From: Antedon mediterranea
Taxonomy: Eukaryota > Animalia > Echinodermata
Direction of reading: 5' to 3'
Length of the DNA stretch: 64,000 bases
NCBI RefSeq assembly: GCF_964355755.1
Contig: NC_092672.1
Span: 18,675,237-18,739,236, forward strand
A program made the position numbers and the translations under genes. Shown piece by piece: positions 25,959-37,758 of this stretch; positions within the stretch are counted from its first letter, which is position 1, and every line of letters starts with the position of its first letter. The notes under the pieces are model-generated. The model did not search any database, was not told the DNA's origin, and saw only the letters and a program-made list of their open reading frames with translations.

Positions 25959-27362
25959 TTATCTCATTGTATTAGATCTACTTGTGGCAGCATATATGTA
26001 ATGATTACTTTGTATTTCTAAATACATGGCATCAACCTCTTTATCATCTGGTGCCTGAGCAGCAAATGATCTTCTCCAGATTGTGGCATCTCTTGTGCGA
26101 GGTAAAGGTAACGTCATTCTATCGCGAGGTTCAAAGTACACTTCAGGTTGATGTACTATTGTTTTAGTTTGATTTGTTGTGATGTTTTTTGAACATAAAC
26201 AATAATAATAAACTGGAATCATAACGATGATTACTAATAAGACTACACAAGCAACAATGATAATGACGATGACGTCAGTAGATAATCCTGAAGATGTTTC
26301 TTTATTTAATGTGTCAATTCCACGTGATTTATTATTTTCATTATCGTCAATAATTACAGAATCTTTAGCTAATGAAACTGTAACATCGTTTTGTGTATCA
26401 GATTGTATCGTTAACGTAACACTTGTTGATGAACTTCCAATTCGATTTTCAGCTGTGCACGTGATCACAGTTCCATCCTGTTTCATTGTAGGATTATACA
26501 ACATTAATATGTGTCCAGTATTATCAATGTTGTATTCTTTGTTGTCGAGTGGGGGAAGAGTTAACCACGTATAACGAGTAACTGCAGGATTAGCGGTAGT
26601 GTCACAAATAAAGAAAGCTTGCTTACCGGCAGATATCAAACCTGTTTGAGGAATGCTAACTCTTGGCTTGTAATATATTGTCAGTGGTTGCGTTGTACAA
26701 TTTCTACTAAGATCAGGAATTTGTACATTTGTCATTGAACACACAGCTTTATTTCCATTTAAATCAGGATTAGCAATTAATCTCTTTTGTAATCTTGCAG
26801 TTTCTCCATCAATTATTTCAACAACATGTGTAGCGCCATCATTCCATCGTAATGTAACTGGCGGTTCTGTATACTCAGAAGCGCAGAAAAGCATGACGTC
26901 ATCACCTTCTGTGTAAACATCCTTAGATGACGTACATAATGGATATTTCTCATGAGGAATTTGCAATACATTTAAAAATGCTTTATCTGATTCTAGTAAA
27001 AGACTATTATTTCCAAATACGTCACACTGATAAAATCCCCGATCGCTATTCAAAACGCTATAGAAAAAAATATTGTAAATTATCCGCTTAGGAGGCCTAT
27101 TATTATCTTCATTTATTGTGACAATAAAGTTGTGTTGTATTTTCAAATCCTCTCGTACAATGTCATCAGTGGCAATGTATTCTCCATCTTTCTTCCATTT
27201 AAGTTTGTACTGGCTTGTAAAGGTTGTATCAAATTCTACAATGCAAATTAACGAAGCTGCTCTTTTTGCTCTTACTGTTGAATTTGATGGATGTCCGTCA
27301 AATAGAAGACTATTCGTCAAATTCACAAAAAGGACAATAGTAGTACACAATATTGATAACAT
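25959..27362 (-). CDS. IgSF receptor A1 (SP-V-Ig-Ig-TM-tail), intronless CDS; V type a
   Basis: Signal peptide; V-set C..W..DRGFYQC; two more Cys-paired Ig domains; TM DVIVIIIVACVVLLVIIVMIPVYYY; 467 aa. Confidence 0.92.
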   Translation of the reverse strand: MLSILCTTIVLFVNLTNSLLFDGHPSNSTVRAKRAASLICIVEFDTTFTSQYKLKWKKDGEYIATDDIVREDLKIQHNFIVTINEDNNRPPKRIIYNIFFYSVLNSDRGFYQCDVFGNNSLLLESDKAFLNVLQIPHEKYPLCTSSKDVYTEGDDVMLFCASEYTEPPVTLRWNDGATHVVEIIDGETARLQKRLIANPDLNGNKAVCSMTNVQIPDLSRNCTTQPLTIYYKPRVSIPQTGLISAGKQAFFICDTTANPAVTRYTWLTLPPLDNKEYNIDNTGHILMLYNPTMKQDGTVITCTAENRIGSSSTSVTLTIQSDTQNDVTVSLAKDSVIIDDNENNKSRGIDTLNKETSSGLSTDVIVIIIVACVVLLVIIVMIPVYYYCLCSKNITTNQTKTIVHQPEVYFEPRDRMTLPLPRTRDATIWRRSFAAQAPDDKEVDAMYLEIQSNHYIYAATSRSNTMR

Positions 27363-27628
27363 TTTGATTAATAAACTCGATTTTTTAAGTTACATTCTTC
27401 CAGATAAATTATTATTTACTACATTTCGAAAAAATATATTGTTCTCCAAAAGGAAAATTACTTTTTCAATAATGCAGATATTTAACGTTAATACATCAGT
27501 GGTATATGTCCAAACAAATTGATGGTTATGTTTCGCGTTTAAAGGAAACCTACAAAAACAAATTGTATAAGCCGAATTAAGCATTTATGTTTCATAATAT
27601 ATGAGATTGAAATGTATGCGAGAAAATG

Positions 27629-29023
27629 TTATCGCATTGTATTAGATCTACTTGTGGCAGCATATATATAATGATTACTTTGTATTTCTAAATACATGGC
27701 ATCAACCTCTTTATCATCTGGTGCCTGAGCAGCAAACGATCTTCTCCAGATTGTGGCATCTCTTGTGCGAGGTAAAGGTAACGTCATTCTATCGCGAGGT
27801 TCAAAGTACACTTCAGGTTGATGTACTATTGTTGTAGTTTGATTTGTTGTGATGTTTCTTGAACATAAACAATAATAATAAACTGGAATCATAACGATGA
27901 TTACTAATAAAACTACACAGGCAACAATGATAATGACGATGACGTCAGTAGATAATCCCGAAGATATTTCTTTACTTGCAGTTTTATTACCAAGTGATTT
28001 ATTATTTTCATTATAACCAATAATTACAGAATCTTTAGCTGTTGAAACTGTAACATCTTTTTGTGTATCAGATTGTATCGATAACGTAACACTTGTTGAT
28101 GAACTTCCAATTCGATTTTCAGCTGTGCACGTGATTACAGTTCCATCCTGTTTCATTGTGGGATTATACAACATTAATATGTGTCCAGTATTATCAATGT
28201 TGTATTCAGTTTTGTTGAGTGGTGGAAGAGTTAACCATGTATAAATAGTAACTGCAGGATTAGCGGTAGTGTCACAAATGAAGAAAGCTTGCTTACCAGC
28301 AGATATCAAACCTGTTTGAGGAATGCTAACTCTTGGTTTGTAATATATTGTTAGTGGTTGCGTTGTGCAATTTCTATTAAGATCAGGAATGTGTTCATTT
28401 GTCATTGAACACACAGCTTTATATCTATTTAAATCAGGATTAGCAATTAACCTTTTTTGTAATCTTGCGGTTTCTCCATCAACTATTTCAACAACATGTG
28501 TAGCGCCATCATTCCATCGTAATGTTACTGGCGGTTCTGTATACTCAGAAACGCAGAAAAGCATGACGTCATCACCTTCTGTGTAAACATCCTTAGATGC
28601 TGTACATAATGGATATTCATCGCCAGGAATTTGTATTACATCAAAAAATGCTTTATTTGACTCAAGTACAAGAGTGTTATTTTCAAATACGTCACATTGA
28701 TAAAATCCACGATCGCTATTCCAAACACTATTGAACATAAGATTATACGTAATAGTCCCGGTGTTTCTACTCACATCAACAACAAAATGATTTGAATTTT
28801 CCAAATCTTCTCTTATTTTATCTTCAGTGGCAATATATCCATTGTCATTTTTCTTCCATCTTATCTTGTATTGGTATTCAAGACTAAGTTGTGTTTTTAA
28901 AATACAAATTAACGAGCTAGTTTCTTTTACGTTAGATGTAGAGTTTCTGGGATGGTAATCGAAAGACAAACAGCGTGCAAGTTGAAACAATACTACTTCA
29001 AACAATACTACAACAATCTTCAT
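27629..29023 (-). CDS. IgSF receptor A2; V type b
   Basis: Same architecture, 464 aa. Confidence 0.92.
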   Translation of the reverse strand: MKIVVVLFEVVLFQLARCLSFDYHPRNSTSNVKETSSLICILKTQLSLEYQYKIRWKKNDNGYIATEDKIREDLENSNHFVVDVSRNTGTITYNLMFNSVWNSDRGFYQCDVFENNTLVLESNKAFFDVIQIPGDEYPLCTASKDVYTEGDDVMLFCVSEYTEPPVTLRWNDGATHVVEIVDGETARLQKRLIANPDLNRYKAVCSMTNEHIPDLNRNCTTQPLTIYYKPRVSIPQTGLISAGKQAFFICDTTANPAVTIYTWLTLPPLNKTEYNIDNTGHILMLYNPTMKQDGTVITCTAENRIGSSSTSVTLSIQSDTQKDVTVSTAKDSVIIGYNENNKSLGNKTASKEISSGLSTDVIVIIIVACVVLLVIIVMIPVYYYCLCSRNITTNQTTTIVHQPEVYFEPRDRMTLPLPRTRDATIWRRSFAAQAPDDKEVDAMYLEIQSNHYIYAATSRSNTMR

Positions 29024-29491
29024 TGTTTATGTTATTACCGTATTAGAAATGATGTTTTACACTGTGATGTCTCAAAACAATCTCTGATAATATTCCTAAA
29101 ATGAACAGCAAACGACTGCGAATTTATAATTTTAGAGAGACATGTCCAGACAAATATATGATTTTGGTACTCGTTTTGAAGAAACTTATAAAATTAAAAA
29201 AAGTAAGAATATACATCAGTGTCACCTTTCATTAATCTTACTTATGTAAAAGTATGATAGACTTGCAAAATGATTTACGAGAGTTTTTACTTCAATGATT
29301 GCTGGAATATGTTACGTTATTGAATTAGGCATAACTCTTCGTAAATGATAGGAAAATATAAAAGGATATTATTTCTCATTATAATATTATCTACTTCTAT
29401 AGGTAGTACCATATTAATTTATACATCAACATTGTGAAAGTTAAGGTTGTACTCACTGAAAAAGGTAATATATTATATTGAATGAGCATTA

Positions 29492-30883
29492 TCATCTCAT
29501 TGTATTAGATCTACTTGTGGCAGCATAAATGTAATGATTACTTTGTATTTCTAAGTACATGGCATCAACCTCTTTATCGTCTGGTGCCTGAGCAGCAAAC
29601 GATCTTCTCCAGATTGTGGCATCTCTTGTGCGAGGTAAAGGTAACGTCATTCTATCGCGAGGTTCAAAGTACACTTCAGGTTGATGTACTATTGTTGTAG
29701 TTTGATTTGTTGTGATGTTTTTTGAACATAAACAATAATAATAAACTGGAATCATAACGATGATTACTAATAAGACTACACAGGCAACAATGATAATGAC
29801 GATGACGTCAGTAGATAATCCTGGAGATATTTCTTTACTTGCAGTTTTATTACTAAGTGATTTATTATTTTCATTATAATCAATAATTACAGAATCTTTA
29901 GCTGTTGAAACTGTGACATCGTTTTGTGTATCAGATTGTATCGTTAACGTAACACTTGTTGATGAACTTCCAATTCGATTTTCAGCTGTGCACGTGATTA
30001 CAGTTCCATCAAGTTTCATTGTTGGATTAGACAACATAAATATGTGTCCAGTATTATCAATGTTGTATTCAGTTTTGTCGAGTGGTGGAAGAGTTAACCA
30101 TGTATAAATGGTAACTGTAGGATTAGCGGTAGTGTCACAAATAAAGAAACCTTGCTTACCAGCAGATATCAAACCTGTTTGAGGAATGCTAACTCTTGGT
30201 TTGTAATATATTGTCAGTGGTTGCGTTGTACAATTTCTATTAAGATCAGGAATGTGTTCATTTGTCATTGAACACACAGATTTATATCCATTTAAATCAG
30301 GATTAGCAATTAATCTCTTTTGTAATCTTGCACTTTCTCCATCAACTATTTCAACAACATGTGTAGCGCCATCATTCCATCGTAACGTTACCGGAGGTTC
30401 TGTATACTCAGAAACGCAGAAAAGCATGACGTCATCACCTTCTGTGTAAACGTCTTTAGATTCTGTACATAATGGATATTTATCATCAGGAATTTGTATT
30501 ACCTCTAAAAATGCTTTATTTGACTCCAGTACAAGACTGCTATTTTCAAATACATCACACTGATAAAATTCACGATCACTATTCCAAATACTTATGAATA
30601 TCAGATCAAATTTAATTCTGTTATTGATTCTGTTAATAGTCACTACAAAATGGCGTTTATCGTCAATGTCTTCTCGTAAATTTCTGTTTGTAGCTATGTA
30701 TTCCTTGTTTTTCTTCCATTTCAAATCATAATTGCTTTTATCAGAACCTTTAAGTTCAATAATACAAACAAGCGAAACTGTCTCTTTTACATTAGCCGTG
30801 ATGTTAAAAGGATGTTCATAAAACTGTAGACTATTAACTACATTAAAGAAGTAGCTGAAAATAATAATAAAAATTCGTTTCAT
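29492..30883 (-). CDS. IgSF receptor A3; V type c (start taken at MKRIF)
   Basis: Same architecture; ATG at 30883 directly precedes the signal peptide. Confidence 0.92.
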   Translation of the reverse strand: MKRIFIIIFSYFFNVVNSLQFYEHPFNITANVKETVSLVCIIELKGSDKSNYDLKWKKNKEYIATNRNLREDIDDKRHFVVTINRINNRIKFDLIFISIWNSDREFYQCDVFENSSLVLESNKAFLEVIQIPDDKYPLCTESKDVYTEGDDVMLFCVSEYTEPPVTLRWNDGATHVVEIVDGESARLQKRLIANPDLNGYKSVCSMTNEHIPDLNRNCTTQPLTIYYKPRVSIPQTGLISAGKQGFFICDTTANPTVTIYTWLTLPPLDKTEYNIDNTGHIFMLSNPTMKLDGTVITCTAENRIGSSSTSVTLTIQSDTQNDVTVSTAKDSVIIDYNENNKSLSNKTASKEISPGLSTDVIVIIIVACVVLLVIIVMIPVYYYCLCSKNITTNQTTTIVHQPEVYFEPRDRMTLPLPRTRDATIWRRSFAAQAPDDKEVDAMYLEIQSNHYIYAATSRSNTMR

Positions 30884-31167
30884 TCTGGCTGAACTGGCAA
30901 TTTGAAATGTTAAAAATCTTCTTGAATAAACACCTTCCAGCACATAACGTATTAAAGACAAACGCTTCTTTAATGACTACCTTCAATGAAAAAAATATTC
31001 AACAAGCTATACGTACTTGACTCCATTACACAGCTTTCCAAAATGTCCTATAAAATTCAATTTTATGTTTCGCGTTTTGACAAAACCGTTTATTTCAGAA
31101 TTCAAAGATCATTAGAAAGTGTTATTTGTTTAAGAATATTAAAATATCACAATTCCTCTTGAACGTT

Positions 31168-32538
31168 CTATCTCATTGTGTTAGATCTACTGGTGGCAGC
31201 ATAAATGTAGTGATTACTTTGTATTTCCAAGTACATTGCATCAACCTCTTTATCATCTGGTGCTTGAGCAGCAAATGATCTTCTCCAGATTGTGGCATCT
31301 CTTGTGCGAGGTAAAGGTAACGTCATTCTATCGCGAGGTTCAAAGTACACTTCAGGTTGATGTACTATTGTTGTAGTTTGATTTGTTGTGATGTTTCTTG
31401 AACATAAACAATAATAATAAACTGGAATCATAACGATGATTACTAATAAAACTACACAAGCAACAATGATAATGACGATGACGTCAGTAGATAATCCTGA
31501 CGACGTTTCTTTATTTACAGTGTTATTCCCACGTGATTTATTGTTTGTATTATAATCAATAATTACAGAATCTTGAGCTGATGTAACTGTATCAGATTGT
31601 ATCGTTAACGTAACACTCTTTGATGAAGTTCCAATTCGATTTTCAGCTGTGCACGTGATTACAGTTCCATCCTGTTTCATTGTAGGATTATACAACATAA
31701 ATATATGTCCAGTATTATCAATGTTGTATTCAGTTTTGTCGAGTGGTGGAAGAGTTAACCATGTATAAATAGTAACTGCAGGATTAGCGGTAGTGTCACA
31801 AATAAAGAAAGCTTGCTTACCGGCAGATATCAAACCTGTTTGAGGAATGCTAACTCTTGGTTTGTAATATATTGTCAGTGGTTGCGTTGTGCAATTTCTA
31901 TTAAGATCAGAAATTTGTACATTTGTCATTGAACATACATCTTTATATCCATTTAAATCAGGATTAGCAATTAATCTCTTTTGTAATCTTGCAGTTTCTC
32001 CATCAACTATTTCAACAACATGTGTAGCGCCATCATTCCATCGTAATGTTACTGGCGGTTCTGTATACTCAGAAACGCAGAAAAGCATGACGTCATCACC
32101 TTCTGTGTAAACATCATTCGATGCTGTACATAATGGATATTTATCATCAGGAATTTGTATTACATCCAAAAATGCTTTATTTGACTCAAGTACAACGACG
32201 TTACTTTCAAATATGTCGCATTGGTAAATTCCACGATCACTGTTCCATACACTAATGAACACAAGGTTGAAAGTTATTTCCAAAATGCTTCTACTTACAG
32301 TGACAATAAAATGACTGGTATCTACTAGGTCATCTCGAATGTCCCCATTAGTGGCTATATATTCTTCGTCTTTCTTCCATTTTATATCATATTGTCTTTT
32401 ATTGTTTGTCTCATATTCAGCAATACAAGTTAGCGAAACTGTTCCCATTGCTTCAATTGTTACATTCAATGGTTGTTTATCAAATACAAGAGAATTTGAA
32501 GAACGAAGCAAAACTGTAATTATCATTAACAATAGCAT
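31168..32538 (-). CDS. IgSF receptor A4; V type d
   Basis: Same architecture, 456 aa, shortened stalk. Confidence 0.92.
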   Translation of the reverse strand: MLLLMIITVLLRSSNSLVFDKQPLNVTIEAMGTVSLTCIAEYETNNKRQYDIKWKKDEEYIATNGDIRDDLVDTSHFIVTVSRSILEITFNLVFISVWNSDRGIYQCDIFESNVVVLESNKAFLDVIQIPDDKYPLCTASNDVYTEGDDVMLFCVSEYTEPPVTLRWNDGATHVVEIVDGETARLQKRLIANPDLNGYKDVCSMTNVQISDLNRNCTTQPLTIYYKPRVSIPQTGLISAGKQAFFICDTTANPAVTIYTWLTLPPLDKTEYNIDNTGHIFMLYNPTMKQDGTVITCTAENRIGTSSKSVTLTIQSDTVTSAQDSVIIDYNTNNKSRGNNTVNKETSSGLSTDVIVIIIVACVVLLVIIVMIPVYYYCLCSRNITTNQTTTIVHQPEVYFEPRDRMTLPLPRTRDATIWRRSFAAQAPDDKEVDAMYLEIQSNHYIYAATSRSNTMR

Positions 32539-32799
32539 CTTGACTACCTTAGTCTATACAATCAATGTAAACTATTATATAATGAATGCATTATTACAGG
32601 TGTAATATATTGCAATATAGTATAGCCATCGAAGTAGACATTTTCTTGCCGGGTTTGAAAACACATTGGCACAGCAATTACAATAGCTCTATGTTATGCT
32701 AGATTAATGTCCATTTAAAATAAAAATTGTGTTTAACGTTTTACAAAAATGGTATTTATCAAAAGAAATAGCATACCAATTTAAATTCATAATAACGTA

Positions 32800-34194
32800 T
32801 TATCTCATTGTATTAGATCTACTTGTGGCAGCATATATGTAATGATTACTCTGTATTTCTAAATACATGGCATCAACCTCTCTATCGTCTGGTGCCTGAG
32901 CAGCAAACGATCTTCTCCAGATTGTGGCATCTCTTGTGCGAGGTAAAGGTAACGTCATTCTGTCGCGAGGTTCAAAGTACACTTCAGGTTGATGTACTAT
33001 TGTTTTTGTTTGATTTCTTGTGATGTTTCTTGAACATAAACAATAATAATAAACTGGAATCATAACGATGATTACTAATGAAACTACACAAGCAACAATG
33101 ATAATGACGATGACGTCAGTAGATAATCCTGTAGATGTTTCTTTATTTACAGTGTTATTTCCACGTGATTTATTATTTCCATTATAATCAATAATTACAG
33201 AATCTTGAGCTGATGTAACTGTAACATCATTTTGTGTATCAGATTGTATCGTTAACGTAACACTCGTTGATGAACTTCCAATTTGATTTTCAGCTGTGCA
33301 CGTGATTACAATTCCATCATGTTTCATTGTGGGATTATACAACATTAATATGTGTCCAGTATTATCAATGTTGTATTCTTTGTTGTCGAATGGTGGAAGA
33401 GTTAACCATGTATAACGAGTAACTGCAGGATTAGCGGTAGTGTCACAAATGAAGAAAGCTTGCTTACCAGCGGATATCAAACCTGTTTGAGGAGGAATGC
33501 TAACTCTTGGTTTGTAATATATTGTCAGTGGTTGCGTTGTACAATTTCTATTAAGATCAGGAATGTGTTCATTTGTCATTGAACACACAGCTTTATATCC
33601 ATTTAAATCAGGATTAGCAATTAACCTCTTTTGTAATCTTGCAGTTTCTCCATCAACTATTTCAACAACATGTGTAGCGCCATCATTCCAACGTAACGTT
33701 ACTGGAGGTTCTGTATACTCAGAAGCGCAGAAAAGCATGACGTCATCACCTTCTGTGTAAACATCCTTAGATGCAGTACATAATGGGTATTTATCTCCCG
33801 GAATTTGTATTACATCAAGAAATGCTTTATTTGACTCCAGTACAAGTATATCCTTTTCAACAACATCACATTGATAAAATGCTCGATCACTGTTCCTTAT
33901 CCTTATAAAGACAAGATTAAAATTAATACGGACATCGGTCTTGCTATAGGTTACAACAAAATGGCTTGTATCTCTAATGTCCTCTCGTATGTTGCCATTT
34001 GTAGCAATATATTTTTCGTTTTTCTTCCACTTCATCTCATATTCATGTATGCCCAATGAGTGTAGTTCTACGCTGCAAATCAACGAAACTGTTCCCTCTG
34101 CTTTGACAGTAAAGTTGGATGGATGGTCATAGAACTGCAGACTATTTATTAGATAAAATAGATAGCTAAATATAGTGATAGCAAATAATTTCAT
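32800..34194 (-). CDS. IgSF receptor A5; V type e
   Basis: Same architecture, 464 aa. Confidence 0.92.
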   Translation of the reverse strand: MKLFAITIFSYLFYLINSLQFYDHPSNFTVKAEGTVSLICSVELHSLGIHEYEMKWKKNEKYIATNGNIREDIRDTSHFVVTYSKTDVRINFNLVFIRIRNSDRAFYQCDVVEKDILVLESNKAFLDVIQIPGDKYPLCTASKDVYTEGDDVMLFCASEYTEPPVTLRWNDGATHVVEIVDGETARLQKRLIANPDLNGYKAVCSMTNEHIPDLNRNCTTQPLTIYYKPRVSIPPQTGLISAGKQAFFICDTTANPAVTRYTWLTLPPFDNKEYNIDNTGHILMLYNPTMKHDGIVITCTAENQIGSSSTSVTLTIQSDTQNDVTVTSAQDSVIIDYNGNNKSRGNNTVNKETSTGLSTDVIVIIIVACVVSLVIIVMIPVYYYCLCSRNITRNQTKTIVHQPEVYFEPRDRMTLPLPRTRDATIWRRSFAAQAPDDREVDAMYLEIQSNHYIYAATSRSNTMR

Positions 34195-34428
34195 CTTTAA
34201 TAAAACTGGTCAACTTGATCGTGATATTCGTCTTCAATAATCATATCTCAGGAAGTAATACTGTTTAAGAAAATGTCCAACTACCTACATCATTTTTAGC
34301 TGATAGAGAAATCATATTATTGACAAAACACATCTACAGTATTCTATCTGTCCTATACAATTAAAAACTGTGTTTCCCGTTTCTTTAAAACACTAATTTC
34401 AATAGAATTCCACAATTGCAATACCAAT

Positions 34429-35823
34429 CTATCTCATTGTATTAGATCTACTTGTGGCAGCATATATGTAGTGATTGCTTTGTATTTCCAAGTACATTGC
34501 ATCAACCTCTTTATCATCTGGTGCCTGAGCAGCAAATGATCTTCTCCAGATTGTGGCATCTCTTGTGCGAGGTAAAGGTAACGTCATTCTATCGCGAGGT
34601 TCAAAGTACACTTCAGGTTGATGTACTATTGTTGTAGTTTGATTTGTTGTGATGTTTCTTGAACATAAACAATAATAATAAACTGGAATCATAACGATGA
34701 TTACTAATAAAACTACACAAGCAACAATGATAATGACGATGACGTCAGTAGATAATCCTGACGACGTTTCTTTACTTATAGTGTTATTCCCACGTGATTT
34801 ATTGTTTTTATTATAATCAATAATTACAGTATTTTGAACTGATTTAACTGTGACATCGTTTTGTGTATCAGATTGTATCGTTAACGTAAAACTTGTTGAT
34901 GAACTTCCAATTTGATTTTCAGCTGTGCACGTGATTACAGTTCCATCCTGTTTCATTGTGGGATTATATAACATTAATATATGTCCAGTATTATCAATGT
35001 TGTATTCAATATTGTCGAGTGGTGGAAGAGTTAACCATGTATAACGAGTAACTGCAGGATTAGCGGTAGTGTCACAAATAAAGAAAGCTTGCTTACCGGC
35101 AGATATCAAACCTGTTTGAGGAGGAATGCTAACTCTTGGTTTGTAATATATTGTCAGTGGTTGCGTTGTACAATTTCTATTAAGATCAGGAATGTGTTCA
35201 TTTGTCATTGAACACATAGCTTTATATCCATTTAAATCAGGATTAGCAATTAACCTCTTTTGTAATCTTGCAGTTTCTCCATGAACTATTTCAACAACAT
35301 GTGTAGCGCCATCATTCCATCGTAATGTTACTGGTGGTTCTGTATACTCAGAAGCGCAGAAAAGCATGACGTCATCACCTTCTGTGTAAACATCCTGAGA
35401 TGCTGTACATAATGGGTATTTACCTCCAGGAATTTGTATTACATCAAAAAATGCTTTATTTGACTCCAGTACAAGAGTATTTTTTCCAAATACGTCACAT
35501 TGATACAATCCACGATCACTATTCCAAATACTTATGAACATAAGAATAAATTTAATTTGGTTATTTATTCTCCGCATAGTCACTACAAAATGACTCTTAT
35601 CGTTAATATCTTCTCGTACATGTCCGTCTGTAGCTATGTATTCCTCATTTTTCTTCCATTTCAACTCATAATTTCCTTTATCAAAATCTTTTAATTTTAA
35701 AATACAATCAAGCGAAGCTGTTTCTTTTACATTAACAGTGTTGTTAAATGGATGTTTATCAAACCGCAGACTACAAATGAGACAGAATAAATAACAAAAT
35801 ACAGTAATAGAAAATAGTTTCAT
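34429..35823 (-). CDS. IgSF receptor A6; V type c-like
   Basis: Same architecture, 464 aa. Confidence 0.92.
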   Translation of the reverse strand: MKLFSITVFCYLFCLICSLRFDKHPFNNTVNVKETASLDCILKLKDFDKGNYELKWKKNEEYIATDGHVREDINDKSHFVVTMRRINNQIKFILMFISIWNSDRGLYQCDVFGKNTLVLESNKAFFDVIQIPGGKYPLCTASQDVYTEGDDVMLFCASEYTEPPVTLRWNDGATHVVEIVHGETARLQKRLIANPDLNGYKAMCSMTNEHIPDLNRNCTTQPLTIYYKPRVSIPPQTGLISAGKQAFFICDTTANPAVTRYTWLTLPPLDNIEYNIDNTGHILMLYNPTMKQDGTVITCTAENQIGSSSTSFTLTIQSDTQNDVTVKSVQNTVIIDYNKNNKSRGNNTISKETSSGLSTDVIVIIIVACVVLLVIIVMIPVYYYCLCSRNITTNQTTTIVHQPEVYFEPRDRMTLPLPRTRDATIWRRSFAAQAPDDKEVDAMYLEIQSNHYIYAATSRSNTMR

Positions 35824-36088
35824 CTTGGCTGAATTTGAAATACCTTTTTAAATAAACATTTTGAAGCACATAAAGGCAACTAGTTCCTTAGCAATTACCT
35901 TCCTCATTGTCACATAATAAAGCAAGAACATTTACTTATCGACGCTACTTTACACAGCTATTCCTAATGTCCTACTTAATACGATATTATGTTTAGCGTT
36001 TTGCTAAAACAAGTTTATTTCAGAATACACACACCAAATAAAAAAAACACTATTGACAACCATTTTAAGCTAATACCATAAAAACGTT

Positions 36089-37480
36089 CTATCTCATTGT
36101 ATTACATCTACTTGTGGCAGCATAGATGTAATGATTACTTTGTATTTCCAAGTACATGGCATCAACCTCTTTATCATCTGGTGCTTGAGCAGCAAATGAT
36201 CTTCTCCAGATTGTGGCATCTCTTGTGCGAGGTAAAGGTAACGTCATTCTATCGCGAGGTTCAAAGTACACTTCAGGTTGATGTACTATTGTTGTAGTTT
36301 GATTTGTTGTGATGTTTTTTGAACATAAACAATAATAATAAACTGGAATCATAACGATGATTACTAATAAAACTACACAAGCAACAATGATAATGACGAT
36401 GACGTCAGTAGATAATCCTGTAGATGTTTCTTTATTGACAGTGTTATTTCCACGTGATTGATTATTTTCATTATAATTAATAATTACAGAATCTTGAGCT
36501 GATGTAACTCTAACATCTTTTTGTGTATCAGATTGTATCGATAACGTAACACTCGTTGATGAACTTCCAATTCGATTTTCAGCTGTGCACGTGACCACAG
36601 TTCCATCCTGTTTCATTGTGGGATTAGACAACATAAATATGTGTCCAGTATTATCAATGTTGTATTCAGTTTTGTCGAGTGGGGGAAGAGTTAACCATGT
36701 GTAACGAGTAACTGCCGGATTAGCGGTAGTCTCACAAATAAAGAAACCTTGCTTACCAGCAGATATCAAACCTGTTTGACGAATGCTAACTCTTGGTTTG
36801 TAATATATTGTCAGTGGTTGCGTTGTACAATTTCTATTAAGATCAGGAATGTGTTCATTTGTCATTGAACACACAGATTTATATCCATTTAAATCAGGAT
36901 CAGCAATTAATCTCTTTTGTAATCTTGCACTTTCTCCATCAACTATTTCAACAACATGTGTAGCGCCATCATTCCATCGTAACGTTACCGGAGGTTCTGT
37001 ATACTCAGAAACGCAGAAAAGCATTACGTCATCACCTTCTGTGTAAACGTCTTTAGATTCTGTACATAATGGATATTTATCATCAGGAATTTGTATTACA
37101 TCTAAAAATGCTTTATTTGACTCTAGTACAAGACTGCTATTTTCAAATACATCACATTGGTAAAATCCCCGATCGCTATTCAAAACCCCATAGAAAAAAA
37201 TATTGTAAATAATTTGCATATTATCTTCATTTATTGTGACAATAAAGTTTTGCGATGTTTTCAAATCCTCTCGTAAAACGTCGTTAATGGCAATGTATTC
37301 TCCATCTTTCTTCCATTTAAGTTTGTACTGGCTTGTAATCGTTGTATCAAATTCTACAATGCAAATTAACAAAACTGCTCCTTTAGCTTTTACAGTTGAA
37401 TTTGATGGTTGTTTATCAAACACAAGACAATTCGTAATGTTAAAAAACAGAAAAATATAACTAAGCACTGTTAATAGCAT
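36089..37480 (-). CDS. IgSF receptor A7; V type a-like
   Basis: Same architecture, 463 aa. Confidence 0.92.
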   Translation of the reverse strand: MLLTVLSYIFLFFNITNCLVFDKQPSNSTVKAKGAVLLICIVEFDTTITSQYKLKWKKDGEYIAINDVLREDLKTSQNFIVTINEDNMQIIYNIFFYGVLNSDRGFYQCDVFENSSLVLESNKAFLDVIQIPDDKYPLCTESKDVYTEGDDVMLFCVSEYTEPPVTLRWNDGATHVVEIVDGESARLQKRLIADPDLNGYKSVCSMTNEHIPDLNRNCTTQPLTIYYKPRVSIRQTGLISAGKQGFFICETTANPAVTRYTWLTLPPLDKTEYNIDNTGHIFMLSNPTMKQDGTVVTCTAENRIGSSSTSVTLSIQSDTQKDVRVTSAQDSVIINYNENNQSRGNNTVNKETSTGLSTDVIVIIIVACVVLLVIIVMIPVYYYCLCSKNITTNQTTTIVHQPEVYFEPRDRMTLPLPRTRDATIWRRSFAAQAPDDKEVDAMYLEIQSNHYIYAATSRCNTMR

Positions 37481-37758
37481 CTTGATTAATATTCTTGATT
37501 TTTAAGATGGCTACAGTTCTCTAGATCAATAGTTACTTACTGTACTTCGAAAGTAGTAGTAGTAGTTTTCGCAAAGCAACGTTACAATGGAAACGACAAT
37601 GAATATAGTTATTATATTCTTTATCAATGGGCAATGTCCAAATGAATTGGTGGTTGTGTTTCACGTTCTCAAAAAACGTTACATAAACAGATTATATCAC
37701 CAGAAATAAGTATTGCTGTTGACACATTATATGAGATAGAAATGTATGCGGGAAAGTG

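Noticed and set aside
26000-26090. Canonical ITIM/ITAM, WIRS or class I PDZ motif in the tails
   Set aside because: AMYLEI lacks the I/V/L/S at -2; there is no paired YxxL at ITAM spacing; WRRSF is one residue off the WIRS pattern; NTL/NTMR do not fit S/T-x-hydrophobic at the C-terminus
30884-30961. N-terminal extensions of A3 (and of A10, 42832-42882) shown in the ORF track
   Set aside because: Downstream ATGs align with the paralogue signal peptides; the A3 extension begins at a non-ATG codon
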